Positions 23,429 to 35,522 of a stretch of 64,000 nt of DNA are shown here, piece after piece. The notes beneath the pieces were generated by a model. The model worked only from the letters and a program-made list of their open reading frames with translations, searched no databases and was not told the DNA's origin. The DNA lies in NCBI GenBank assembly GCA_030390025.1, contig CM059431.1, forward strand, positions 100,752,001 through 100,816,000, written 5' to 3'. The stretch comes from Squalus acanthias. Lineage: Eukaryota. The position numbers and the translations under genes were made by a program. Every line of letters starts with the position of its first letter. Position 1 is the first letter of the stretch.

Positions 23429-23840
23429 TTTATTGGTGCCGCGCACTGACACAGTTGTGAGGGAGGACTACATTAACGTCACAAGCTCTGCTTGTTGGCA
23501 CATTTGAATGGGTTTGGTTGGTCGGCTTGTCTGTGGAGCTAAACGAAGGAGGGGGAAAGTAATACCTGACTTTAAAACCACAGTTAGCAATTTGTCCGGC
23601 TTCAAATCTCATTAGATTTCTTTCAGAAAATAATATTTTGGGATACACTATACGAGTAATCTGAGGCATGAGATATGATGAGTTCTTGAGATAGTTTGAG
23701 ATGTGGGGAGTGTAGCGTTCTTGGGAGGAACAGGCGACTTTGGACCTCTGGTTCCCAAAGCTCTCCACCACTGGAATTTTCCTCGCCTCATGTCTGGGTC
23801 TGTTGTAGACAATTCGATGGAGATTGATCGCTGTGATTCG
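23429..23840 (-). other. Candidate endogenous viral element: parvovirus-like capsid C-terminal fragment
   Basis: Stop-free frame of 136 codons ending TAA within AATAAA (23429-23434); peptide MPQITRIVYPKILFSERNLMRFEAGQIANCGFKVRYYFPPP; not similar to any repeat in the window; assignment is motif-level only. Confidence 0.45.
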
Positions 23841-23847
23841 TCAACAA

Positions 23848-24095
23848 CAAAGATCCCATTGCACTATTTCGAAGAAGGGCAGGGAAGTTCTCCCCGTGTC
23901 CTGGCTAATATTTATCCCTCAATCAACATCACTAAAAACAGATTACCTGCTCATTATCACACTGCTGTTTGTGGGAGCTTGCTGTGTGCAAATTGGCTGT
24001 CGCATTTCTACACTTCAAAAAAAAGTACTTCATTGGCGCTTTGGGACGTCTGGTGGTCATGAAAGGTGCTATATAAATGCAAGTCTTACTTTCTT
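23848..24095 (+). mobile_element. DeuSINE/SacSINE1-like SINE, 5'-truncated
   Basis: Starts at aaagatcccattgcactatttcgaag, abutting the candidate viral segment. Confidence 0.85.
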
Positions 24096-24299
24096 TCTCT
24101 TATACCATATGCAGATTGAAGATGGGTTAGATTTGGGAAAAATTTGCTGATGACACAAAATTAGTAGGTTTGGCAAACATGGAGCAGGAATGTAAAAAAC
24201 TGGAGAAGGACATAGACAGGCCAACAATCAGCAGGTAGCAGAGGTAATATAATACCCTTTGTGTAAATAAGTGCTTCCTGATTTCATTCCTGAAATTCC

Positions 24300-24477
24300 T
24301 GTGCGCAAACTGGTTGCCGCATTTCCGAATGGTGGCACCTCCGACAGTGCAGATCTCCCTCAGTACTGCACTGGAGTGTCAGCCTAGATTTTGTGCTCAA
24401 GTCTTGGAGTGGGACTAGAACCCACAAACTTCTGACTCAGAGGCGAGAGTGCTACCCACTGAGGCACGGCTGACACC
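24300..24477 (-). mobile_element. DeuSINE/SacSINE1-like SINE, 5' part
   Basis: Reverse tRNA-like head and adjacent body. Confidence 0.8.
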
Positions 24478-25199
24478 GTGATGGCAAATGGAGCTTTAAC
24501 TCACTATGCCAGAGCAGTACTGTACCTTTTCTCAGACCTCAGCAAAGTTACTAGCTGAAGGCAATGAAGGGCTTTGACACGGGGACAGCGAGAAGGCAGC
24601 AGTTGCCTGGGTTGCTTTTATGCACCTCCCTACGAATGGTAACAGGACTGCAACTGAGAGACCCAAGAGCCAGGGTGTGCCTGACCCTGAACGTGCATAT
24701 TTTTCCACAGTCACAATGTGAGCTCCACAAGACGGTCAAAGCAAAGACACAAAAGCAACAAAGTTAAAAGGAGGAAAAATATTACAAAGCTTTCTACTCC
24801 AGCGATCAGTAATACTGCCAAACTTCATTCCCAGAGGGAATTATTTATTTTGGAGTCCTAACCACCAAACATCTAACCTCAAAAAACATAATTTTTCAAT
24901 TGCGTGACATTGAGCCCCAATTACCACACTTTCGGGTCAGGGTGACTGAAACGCATCTTTCTTAAATAATGCATCAAATGCAGCTATAAACAGAAATGAT
25001 AATTTTAAAACAATTTACAAGAAAAGTGAAACAATGATGGCACAACTAATTTAACTCAAAAGGTTGCATTATAACAATATGCCTAACATCAGAATTAAAA
25101 ATATTCTACAATACAAAGAATCCACCATTATAACAATGCTGCTCAGTTTTAGCATTCCACTAAGACTTCTCCTGAAAAGTGTATATCGCTGAAAAAGCT

Positions 25200-25950
25200 T
25201 CACCCAGGTTAGTTGAAATGGGCAGACAGGTGGCAGATACAAATTAATGCAAATAAGCACGATGTATCACATTTTTGGGAGGAAGAACAATGAATGGGAG
25301 TATACACTCAATCGAAAGATGCTAAATGACATGCATGAACAGAGAGACCGAGGGGTTCAAATACATAATTGCCTGAAAATGGGAGCACAAATAGACAAAG
25401 CCATTAAATAAAAAGGCCAACAGCGGATTGGTACAAAACATTGGTTAGGCCACAATTAGAGGACTGTGTGTAGTTTTTGAGCAACCCCATTATAGGAAGA
25501 GCATCAAAGCTATAGAGACCGTAGATTCACCAGGATGATGCCAGGGATGGGAGACAACAGTTATAAGGAGCGGCGTGAGATACAGATATTGAGATAGAAG
25601 CGGAGAAGGCGAAGAGGAGATTTAAAGTTGTGAAGAATGAATAGAGAAAGAGTATTTCCTCTGGTTAGGGAGCCAGTAATGGGTGGTCATCAATTTAATA
25701 CTGCTACTAATAGAATGATGAGAGAGGGTTAGGGGAAATGTCTTTACACAACGGTTTGTTGGGGCACAGTAGAGATCATTGCATCTTTTAAGGGAAAATC
25801 CGCTAACTATCCGAAGCAGAGGAAAATACAGAGTATAGGGAGAGAGTAGGACAATTATATTAGTTTTTAATTTCTCCAGCAAAGAGCCAGTACAGACACA
25901 GTGGACCAAATGGCATCTTTCTTTGTTGTAAAATTCCCTGGTTCTATATT
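25200..25950 (+). mobile_element. Old, highly degraded CR1 LINE 3' region
   Basis: Residual similarity to CR1 RT C-terminus (tgggcagacaggtggcagat, ttggttaggccacaattagag) and 3' tail. Confidence 0.6.
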
Positions 25951-26102
25951 TTAAAATCTAAAATTAAAAGGCGTGGCCCTTTTACGCAATCTCATTGGCC
26001 AATTAGTAGTCATATGGACTTTCAAATCTAGCATCGCTGTCTAGAAATCCTTGACCAATAGTGATCACCATTACTGGCACTTTAATCTGATTGGTAAAAA
26101 TA

Positions 26103-29100
26103 GGGAACGGTAGCATAGTGGTTATGTTACTGGACTAGTAATCCAGAGACGCTGGACTAATGATCCAGAGACATGAGTTCAATTCCCACCACAGCAGCTG
26201 GGGAATTTAAATTCACTTAATTAAATAAATCTGCAATAAAAAAGCAAGTGACCGTGAAACAACCGGATTGTCGTAAAAACCCATCTGGTTCACTAATGTC
26301 CTTTAGGGAAGGAAATCTACCGTCCTTACCTACATGTGACTCCAGACCCACAGCAACCAGACTCTTAACTGCCCTCTGAAATGGTCTAACAAGCCACTCA
26401 GTTGCAACAAACCGCTACGAAAAGGAATAAAAAGAATAAAACCGGACAAACCCGGCATCGGACACGACAACGGCACACCCAGCCCAGTCCAACCCTGCAA
26501 AGTCCTCCTCACCAACATCTGGGGACTTGTGCCAATATTGGGAGAGCAGTCCCACAGACTAATCAAGCAACAGCCTGACATGGTCATACTCATAACTTTC
26601 AGTCCATGTCCCAGACTCCTCCATCACCATCCCTGAGGTGGCTATACAGTTGGGAAGAAGTGGCCCTGGGAGTCCTCAACATTGACTCCGGACCCCATGC
26701 AGTCTCATGGCTTCAGGTCAAGCATGGGCAAGGAAACCTCCTGCTGATTACCACCTACCGCCCTCCCTCAGCTGATGAATCAGTACGCCTACATGTTGAA
26801 CACCACTTGGAAGAAGCACTGAGAGTAGCAAGGGCACAGAATGTACTCTGGGTGGGGGACTTCAATGTCCATCACCAAGAGTGGCTCGGTAGCACCACTA
26901 CTGGCCGAGTCCTGAAGGACATAGCTGCCAGACTGGGCCTGCGGCAGGTGGTGAGAGCACCAACACGAGGGAAAAACATACTTGTCCTCACCAATCTACC
27001 TTTTACTGATGCATCTGTCCATGACAGCATTGGTAGCAGTGACCACCGCACAGTCATTGTGGAGACGAAGTCGCGTCATCACACTGAGGACACCCTTCCA
27101 TCGTGTTGTGTGGCACTACCACCGTACTAAATGGGATAGATTCAGAACAGATCTAGCAGCTATCTCAAAACTGGGCATCCATGAGGCGCTGTGGGCCATC
27201 AGCAGCAGCAGAATTGTATTCCACCGCAATCTGTAACCTCATGGCCCGGCATATCCCTCGCTCTACCACTACCATCAAGCCAGGGGACCAACCCTGATTC
27301 AATGAGGAGTGCAGAAGCGCATGCCAGGAGCAGCACCAGGCGTACCTAAAAATGGAGGTGCCAACCTGGGGAAGCTGCAACACATGACTACATGCATGCT
27401 AAACAGCGAAAGCAGCATGCTATAGACAGAGCTAAGCAATCCCACAACTAACGGATCAGATCAAAGCTCTGCAGTCCTACCACATCCAGTCGTGAATGGT
27501 GGTGACAATTAAACAACTAATGGGAGGAGGAGGCTCCACGAATATCCCCATTCTCAATGATGGCAGAGCCCAGCACGCAAGTGCAAAAGACAAGGCTAAA
27601 GCGTTTGCAACCATTTTCAGCCGTAAGTGCCAAGTGGATGATCCATATCGGCCTCCTCCTGAGGTCCCCACCATCACAGAAGCCAGTCTTCAGCCAATTC
27701 AATTCACTCCACGCGAGAGCAAGAAGTGGCTGAGCACACTGGATACATAAAAGGCTATGGGCCCCGACAACATCCTGGCTATCGTGCTCCAGAACTAGCT
27801 GTGCCTCTAGCCAAGCTGTTCCAGTACAGCTACAACACTGGCATCTACCCGACAACGTAGAAAATTGCCCAGGTATGTCCTGTCCACAAAAAGCAGGACA
27901 AATCCAATCTGGCCAATTACCGCCCCATCAGTCTACTCTCAATCATCAGCAAAGTGATGGAAGGTGTTGTCAACAGTGTTATCAAGCTGCACTTACTCAC
28001 CAATAACCTGCTCACTAATGCTCACTTTGGGTTCCGGCAGGACCACTCGGCTCCAGATCTCATTACAGCCTTGGTCCAAACATGGACAAAGGAGCTGAAT
28101 TCCAGACGTGAGGTGAGGTGGGAGTGACTGCCCTTGACATCAAGGCAACATTTGACCGAGTGTGACATCAAGGAACCCTAGTAAAATTGAAGTCAATGGG
28201 AATCAGGGGGAAAACTCTCCATGGGCTGGAGTCATACCTAGCATAAAGGAAGATGGTTGCGGTTGTTGGAGGTCAATCATCACAGCCCCAGGACATCGCT
28301 GCAGGAGTTCCTCAGGGCAGTGTCCTAGACCCAACCATCTTCAGCTGCTTCATCAATGACCTTCCCTCCATCATAAGGTTAGAAGTGGGGATTTTCGCTG
28401 ATGATTGCACAGTGTTCAGTTCCATTCGCAACTCCTCAGATGATAAAGCAGTCCATGCCGCATGCAGCAAGACCTAGACAATATTCAGGCTTGAGCTGAT
28501 AAGTGGCAAGTAACATTTGCGCCACACAAGTGCCAGGCAATGACTATCTCCAACAAGCGAGAGTCTAACCACCTCCCCTTGACATTCAACGGCATTACCA
28601 TCGGCGAATCTCCCAGCATTAATATCCTGGGGGTCACCATTGACCAGAAACTTAACTGGACCAACCACATAAATAATGTGGTAACAAGAGCGGGTCAGAG
28701 GCTGGGTATACTGCGGCAAGTGACTCACCTCCTGACTCCCCAAAGCCTTTCCACCATCTCCAAGGCACAAGTCAGAAGTGTGATGGAATACTCTCCACTT
28801 GCCTGGATGAGTGCAGCTCCAACAATACTCAAGAAGCTCGACAGCATCCAGGACAAAGCAGCCCACTTGATTGACACCCCATCCACCACCTTAAACATTC
28901 ACTCCTCCACCATCGGCGCACCGTGGCTGCAGTGTTACCATCTACAAGATGCACTGCAGCAACTTCGCAAGGCTACTATAGCAGCACCTCCCAAACCCGC
29001 GACCTCTACCACCTACAAGAACAAGGGCAGCAGGCGCATGGGAACACCACCTCCAAAGTTCCCCTCCAAATCACACACCATCCTGATTTGGCAATATATC

Positions 29101-29134
29101 GCCGTTCCTTCATTGTCGCTGGGTCAAAATCCTG
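26103..29134 (+). mobile_element. Near-full-length CR1-group LINE (APE endonuclease + RT) with tRNA-like 5' head; frameshifted, 3' tail missing
   Basis: APE motifs YRPP, VGDFNVHH and SDH (ORF 26606-27130); RT motifs NYRPISLLS, GVPQGSVL and FADD; QVRSVMEYSPLAWMSAAPT; A box at 26111-26121 and B box at 26175-26186. Confidence 0.9.
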
Positions 29135-29789
29135 TTTGCTCTGGATAATTCAAAGTGGTTTACAGGCTAATAAAAAATTGAAATGACCCAGTGATTTGAA
29201 TGAAAAAATGCAAATAACACAGCAGTGTGAGAATTTAATGCTTAAAAAAATGAAATGATCAGATTAAACAACTTTTAATTAAGAGAAATGGACTGTAGTC
29301 ATCATATGTCGCCTTTGTTTTTGTGACCACCTGTTCCCGCTTTTCTGAGTTTCTGCTACAGGAACTACATGCTGCAATCCTTTCTGCTTCTGCGCCCTGG
29401 CTATGTTGAAATAATCTTTTTCTTTCCCAAGTGCGCTCCCAAGCGCAAGCACAACTTTTGATCCACTCAAACACCAACTGCCTAGCTCTCACTGGAACCA
29501 GTCAGCAAAGCATTGCTGGCAACTCCGAAGATCCATTCTATCTTCAAACCTCCACTGAACATATGTGGGCAGGAATGTCACAACAAGCGAGTGCTGTATC
29601 AGCACATGGCTTTGAGCGGAGATACAACACAGGACAGGCAGTGCATCATTGATCTGCGGCATTGTTGATTAGGGCCAGCCCTTATGGTGCCAGCCTTGCA
29701 CCCAGTGGCCAGCACCCTAGCCTCCAATCTCAGAGCCCAGCTGCCTGTAAGCAATGCCATTGAAGCTCCACTAGTTTGTTATGTTTTTA

Positions 29790-30040
29790 CATAGAACTAC
29801 ATGCAATGTACAGCACAGAAACAGGCCATTCAGCCCAACCGTTCTATGCTGGTGTTTATGCTCTACATGAGCCTCCTCCCACCTCTCTTCATCTCACCCT
29901 ATCAGCATAACCTTCTATTCCTTTCTCCCTCATGTGCTTACCTAGCTTCCCCTTAAATGTATCTCTGCTATTCGCCTCAACCACTCCCTGTGGGAGCGAG
30001 TTCCACATTCTCACCACTCTCTGGGTAAAGAAGTATCTCC
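29790..30040 (-). mobile_element. CR1 LINE 3' fragment
   Basis: Same family as 10950-11482 and 45835-46150. Confidence 0.85.
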
Positions 30041-30912
30041 TTTTTAATAAAGTTAACACGTGCAGTTGAGCACAAAATCTTTAGGCAGAAAGCACATATA
30101 AGGGTGTGTTACGTGTCTAATTCTACAGAAGATTCTCAACTAGAAATTTACAGACTTGCTGCCCTTGAAAGCTGTTAACAAAATTCAGTAGTAAAAGGGT
30201 TCCAGATGTATCGAGGAATACTTAATGCAAAAGCAATTTTTTTGGGGGGGTGGAGAGAGCAGGGGGATATAATTTTCTGTTACACATTTAAGAAAGTATA
30301 GTCTGCACAAAAAATATTCAACCATTGTTCAATTTTCCAGGTATTCTTTTCAAAAAAACATCTATTTGCCAAGTCAATTTTGTTTGAACTTTTTAGACTT
30401 CTGAAAGCAAAGGGCGATTACCTTGCTTGAGTTATTCCGATCCCACATTTTCCGTCATATATACAGATGATATTCAAACTACAATTAATTTACCAAGCCA
30501 GCAGAATCGTTCAACTCAGACTAAATCTAACTTTCAAAATCAGATCTTATGTAATGCTGCTTCTCCCCGAACAAAATCTACAAGAGCATAATTTGCTAAT
30601 TACTCCACTAATACTTGGTGTAAGCACACTTTTAATAACATGAACACAGATTTTAAAAGGGTATTCTATTTCAAAGAGAAACAGCTGTATTTTCCACATA
30701 AACCACTCTCTGTTTTCCATATGTAGGCCTTCAAATTACACTTTTGAAAAGTCCACCTGGTTTTTCTAAAGAAAAATCAGTAAAAGGTTTTATTTTAAGC
30801 GCAGAACAACGATAACAAAATGTATTAAACCTTATAATTTAAAGTCATTACATCACTCCTGACATATGGACAAGATGTCTGTAACCTACAACTAGTTCAG
30901 AAACGTCACCTT

Positions 30913-30926
30913 GTAACCTAGGCAAC
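30913..30926. promoter_or_regulatory. RFX X-box motif with flanking CRE half-site and CCAAT box
   Basis: GTAACCTAGGCAAC fits GTNRCC-N2-RGYAAC; CGTCA at 30904-30908; ATTGG at 30943-30947; non-repeat context. Confidence 0.4.
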
Positions 30927-31304
30927 CATTTCTCTCAACTAGATTGGTGCACAGATAACAAAACCAACAATTTGCATTGCTAGCACAGGTAATCTTAAAT
31001 AAAACTGAGCAGGTGCTGCAATTCAGAAAAACAGATATTGTATTAAAATTTTCATTAAAATTCCAAAAAATGAGATTTTTCCATACACTCTCTGCAGTCT
31101 TTTCAATGCATTATAGTTAAACTCTCTGTCTCTTTCTTTCTCCTCTTCTGCCATTTTTCTCTCCTCTTCTCTCAAATGCTTTCCTGGAGTTTGGCTCCAT
31201 GTGCACAAAGAGTCACTTAATACTTCGCTCAAAGTGGATATGTTTTGCGTACGAACCTGGCCAGCAAGTATCGGAAAGCCACTGTAGCGCACAGAGCCAA
31301 CCAT

Positions 31305-32260
31305 GATCCTGGCTCAGCGAGTAGCACACTCCCTTCTGAGTCAGAAGGATGGGAGCTCAAGCCCAACTTTAAAAGTGTTTTTTTTATTCGTTTGCGGGAT
31401 GTGGGCATCGCTGGCAAGGCCAACATTTATTGCCCATCCCTAATTGCCCTCGAGAAGGTGGTGGTGAGCCGCCTTCTTGAACCGCTGCAGTCCGTGTGGT
31501 GAAGGTGCTCCCAACAGTGCTGTTAGGCAGAGAGTTCCAGGATTTTGACCATGATTTCAAAAAGTTTCAAATCATGAAGGGTTTAGTTAGAGTAAATAAG
31601 GAGAAACTGTTTCCAATGGCTGAAGGGTCGATAACCAGAGGACACAGAATTAAGGTGCTTGGCAAAAGAACCAGAGGGTCGACATGAGGAAAAACTTTTT
31701 TACGCAACAAGTGGTTAGGATTTGGAATGCACTGCCTCTGAGGGTGGTGGATACAGATTCAATTGTTGCCTTCAAAAGAAAATTGGATAAATACTTGAAG
31801 GAGAAAAAATTGCAGGGATATGGGGAAAGGGCAGAGGAGTGGGACTAACTGGATCGCTCTTCGAAAGAGCCGGCGCAGACTCGATGGGCCGAATGGCCTC
31901 CTGCTGTACTGTATGATTCTATGAGCCCAACTTCAGGGACTTGTGTGTTGTATTGAGGGAGTGCTGCCCTGTGGGAGGTGCCGTCTTTCGGATGAAACAT
32001 TAAACCCATCTGCCGTCTAAGGTTTATATAAAAGATCCCATGGCACCATCCAAAGAAGAGCAAACAAGCTCTCCCCAGTGTCCTCAGCCAACATCACTAA
32101 AACAGATTATCTGGTCATTTATCTCATTGCTGTTTGTGGGACCTTGGTATGAACAAATAGGCTACCATATTTTCCACAAAGTAATTGCACTTCAAAAAGT
32201 AATTAATTGGCTATGAAGTGCTTTGGAATGTCCCAAAGTCATGAAAAGCACTTCTTTCTT
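31305..32260. mobile_element. Nested cluster: SINE (+) split by a CR1-group 3' end (-, 31380-31550) and a CR1 3' fragment (+, 31560-31925)
   Basis: SINE head ends gcccaactt (~31362-31370) and resumes at gcccaacttcagggacttg (~31925). Confidence 0.75.
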
Positions 32261-33011
32261 ATGCTGGCTGCAAGTACAAAAATGCTATTTTAAAGCTAAA
32301 ATAATGGATGAGAAACTGTTTAGCGAAAGGAAGCATTTGTGTGTCCCCCTTACAACACACAATTCATTTCCTCAATTCAATTGGCCCTATGTGATGTAAA
32401 AGTAAACTTTCTGGCCCAGAGCCAGGTCAGAGTTTCATCAAATTGTTCATAAAACTTAAAGAGAAAAACACAATTTATTTTTTAAATGTTATCTTCAAAA
32501 CTAATCAGAAAGTGTGGAATGTAATTAACGAACTTATCTTGCATTGAACCAATAGCAAAAATATTTATGGCATCTGGTTAATCATAAGCTTGTAAGAAAA
32601 GTGTCAAAGTTTGTGAATTTAATTTGTGTAAATGGGAGGGATTAGTGGAGGGGGGGGGGAAGGAGCGAATGCTTTGTAGATGGGAGGGAGCATGTGGTTC
32701 ATTGACGTCAGATGGGCAGAAGCATTATAAACCAAACTTACGTGATACAATTAGTGATTGTTCACTGAAAGCTTTTCAAAATTAAGTATCTAAGCCCTAT
32801 TTCAAACACTGCATGGAAAGTTATACACTTTGCTTAACATCACATTTTCTGTAATCATTCATGTGTCATTTGCAGAATAATTTGTAAATTTAATATTTTC
32901 CCTATGGATCACAACATAGCAGTTCTTGCGCACACAAAATAATAGAAAATAAAACTGATTACGAAATAATACATCAAAGTCATTGGAAAAACTAGGATTG
33001 CATGAGCCAGG

Positions 33012-33448
33012 AAAGAAAGACTTGCACTTATATAGCGCCTTTCACGACCTCATGACGTCCCAAAGCACTTTGTAGTCACTGTTGTAATGTAGGAAATGCG
33101 GCAGCCAATTGCGCACAACAAGCTCCCACAAGCAGCAATGAAATAACAAAAAACAATTATCTGGTCATTACAGTTAATTGAGGGATAAATATTGGCCAGG
33201 ACACCAGGGATAACTCCCCTGCTCTTCTTCGAAATAGTGCCATGGGATCTTCTACGTCCACCTGAGAGAGCAGACGGGCCCTCGGTTTAATGCCTCATCC
33301 GAAAGACAGCACCTCCACCACTGCAGCACTCCCTCAGTACTGCACTGGAGTGTCAGCCTAGATTTTTGGGCTCTAGTCTCTGGAGTGGGACTTGAACCCA
33401 CAACCTTCTGACTCAGAGGCGAGGGTGCGACCCACTGAGCCACAGCTG
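33012..33448 (-). mobile_element. Full-length DeuSINE/SacSINE1-like SINE
   Basis: Reverse complement of the full consensus. Confidence 0.9.
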
Positions 33449-33674
33449 AAAATCTAAGCATTTTTATTGTGCTTGGGACTCCGGCAAAAAAATATTATGG
33501 ATAACTTACTGGAACCTCCTGTGGAAAATATCTCAGAATATAATTTAAAACTGCAATTACAAAGACTTCAGGCCAATATACTCCAGAAAATATGTAATTT
33601 CATGCTGTCAATTTCATGTTCCCATTCATGTCACCCAGACCAATTTGAGCATTTTTTCCCCAAAATGTTTTGTT

Positions 33675-34082
33675 ATTCATTCTCGGGATGTGGGCATCGC
33701 TGGCAAGGCCCAGCATTTATTGCCCATCCCTAATTGCCCTTGAGAAGGTGGTGGTGAGCCGCCTTCTTGAACCGCTGCAGTCCGCGTGGTGAAGGTGCTC
33801 CCACAGTGCTGTTAGGGAGGGAGTTCCAGGATTTTGACCCAGCGACGATGAAAGAATGGCATTCTATTTCCAAGTCAGGATGGTGTGTGACTTGGAGAGG
33901 AGCTTGGAGGTAGTGGTGTTCCCATGCACCTGCTGCCCTTATCCTTCTAGGCAGTAGAAGTCGCAGGTTTGGGAGGTGCTGCCGAAGAAGCCTTGGTGAG
34001 TTGCTGCAGTGCATCTTGTAGATGGTACACACTGCAGCCACGGTGCACCAGTGGTGGAGGGAGTGAATGTTTAAGATGGTGG
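33675..34082 (-). mobile_element. CR1-group LINE 3' fragment (family of 26103-29134)
   Basis: ORF 33730-34041: IYKMHCSNSPRLLRQHLPN...KSWNSLPNSTVG...HHHLLKGN. Confidence 0.9.
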
Positions 34083-35184
34083 AAGCACAAAATTAGCAAA
34101 CCAAAATCTAAATTACTTTGACATGAACTCATTAATGATAAAGTTTGACTACTCAAAATTCAAATACTCTAATCTAATATCACAAACAACAATTTCTTCT
34201 GGTCAAAGAGGCAGTGACAATGGTCCATAAAGAGTCGGGAGAGATGGTTAAGAAAGATTTCATTGCACAGAGAGTTACTGGAGTATGGGATTCTTTGTCA
34301 CAGGAAGTAGTTCAGGCTGACGCTATTGCACATTTAAGGGAAAAGTAAAATCAAAACATTTGAAGCAGAGGAAAATGTAGGGCATTGAGGAGAAAGCAGA
34401 ACAGTACAATTAGCTTTGGTGAACCCAGCACAAACATAAATCAGGTGATCATAATAATGAACAGTTTCAAAGCAATGACGTTTCATTTGACAGTTGCCAT
34501 CATGTCCTTTAGAAATGTCGTTAGCGTTTTGATAGGCTCAATGAGGAAATAGGAACAGGAGTTCAGCCCCTCAAGCCTGTTCCACCATTCAATGAGATCA
34601 TTGCTGATCTGTATCCTAACTCCATTTGCACTGCATGCTGTGGTACTGAGACTGCAAAGTCGTGCAGAAATTTGTATGCAGGACAGGGATGTTGAATGGT
34701 GCATTGGGAGCCAGTGAAGATTCGCAAAGCTTGGGGTAAGACACTCCTTAAAGCCTACCTCTTTGACCTGTCCTAATATCTCCTTATGTGGCTCGGTGTC
34801 AAATTTTGTTTGATAATCGCTCCTGTGAAGCGCCTTGGGACATTTTACTACGTTAAAGGCGCTGTATAAATACAAGTTGTTGTTCTTGTTGGGTAAAGGG
34901 GTGTGCTGGACAGAAAGCCAGCAGCAGAGTCTGGGATAAGTTGGAGATTGTGCTGGGAAGAGCTTGGGAGTAAAAATAGGACAGTATTCAAGAAGCTGAC
35001 CTGCTCCCAACACACCAAAATCAAAATCTCTGGAATGCGTTGAGTTACTGCCATCACACAAGGAAGTGAGAGACCCAAGTTAGGAGGGAACGAAGGTCAT
35101 GACCATATCTCAGAGACATGATAGCTAGGGACAACGTTTTGCATAATACAACAAATCTGCCATGGCCTTGTTCATGTAGAATTG

Positions 35185-35522
35185 TGATAGAGTAAATAAG
35201 GAGAAACTGTTTCCAGTGGCAGGAAGGTCAGTAACCAGAGGACACAGATTCAAGGTAACTGGCGAAAGAGCCAGAGGGGAGATGAGGAGAAATGTTTTTA
35301 CGCAGTGAGTTGTTGTGATCTGGAATGCGCTGCCTGAAAGGGTGGTGGAAGCAGGTTCAATAGTAACTTTCAAATGGGAATTGGATATGTACTTGAAAGG
35401 AAAAATTATGCAGGGCTATGGGAAAGGGCAGGGGAGTGGGACAAATTGGCTAGCTCTTTCAAAGAGCTGGCACTGACACGATGGGCCGAATGGCCTCAAA
35501 CAGTGTTGTACGATTCTATGAT
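35185..35522 (+). mobile_element. CR1 LINE 3' fragment
   Basis: aaccagaggacacag...atgggccgaatggcct..gattctatgatt tail. Confidence 0.85.

Noticed and set aside
25960..26100. CCAAT cluster just upstream of the tRNA-headed LINE
   Set aside because: Short motifs between two repeats with no supporting exon or CpG island; cannot be distinguished from chance
31023..31304. Minus-strand ORF containing MAEEEKERDREFNYNALKRLQ
   Set aside because: The charged stretch follows from a purine-rich tract; the splice donor is weak and no homolog was recognised
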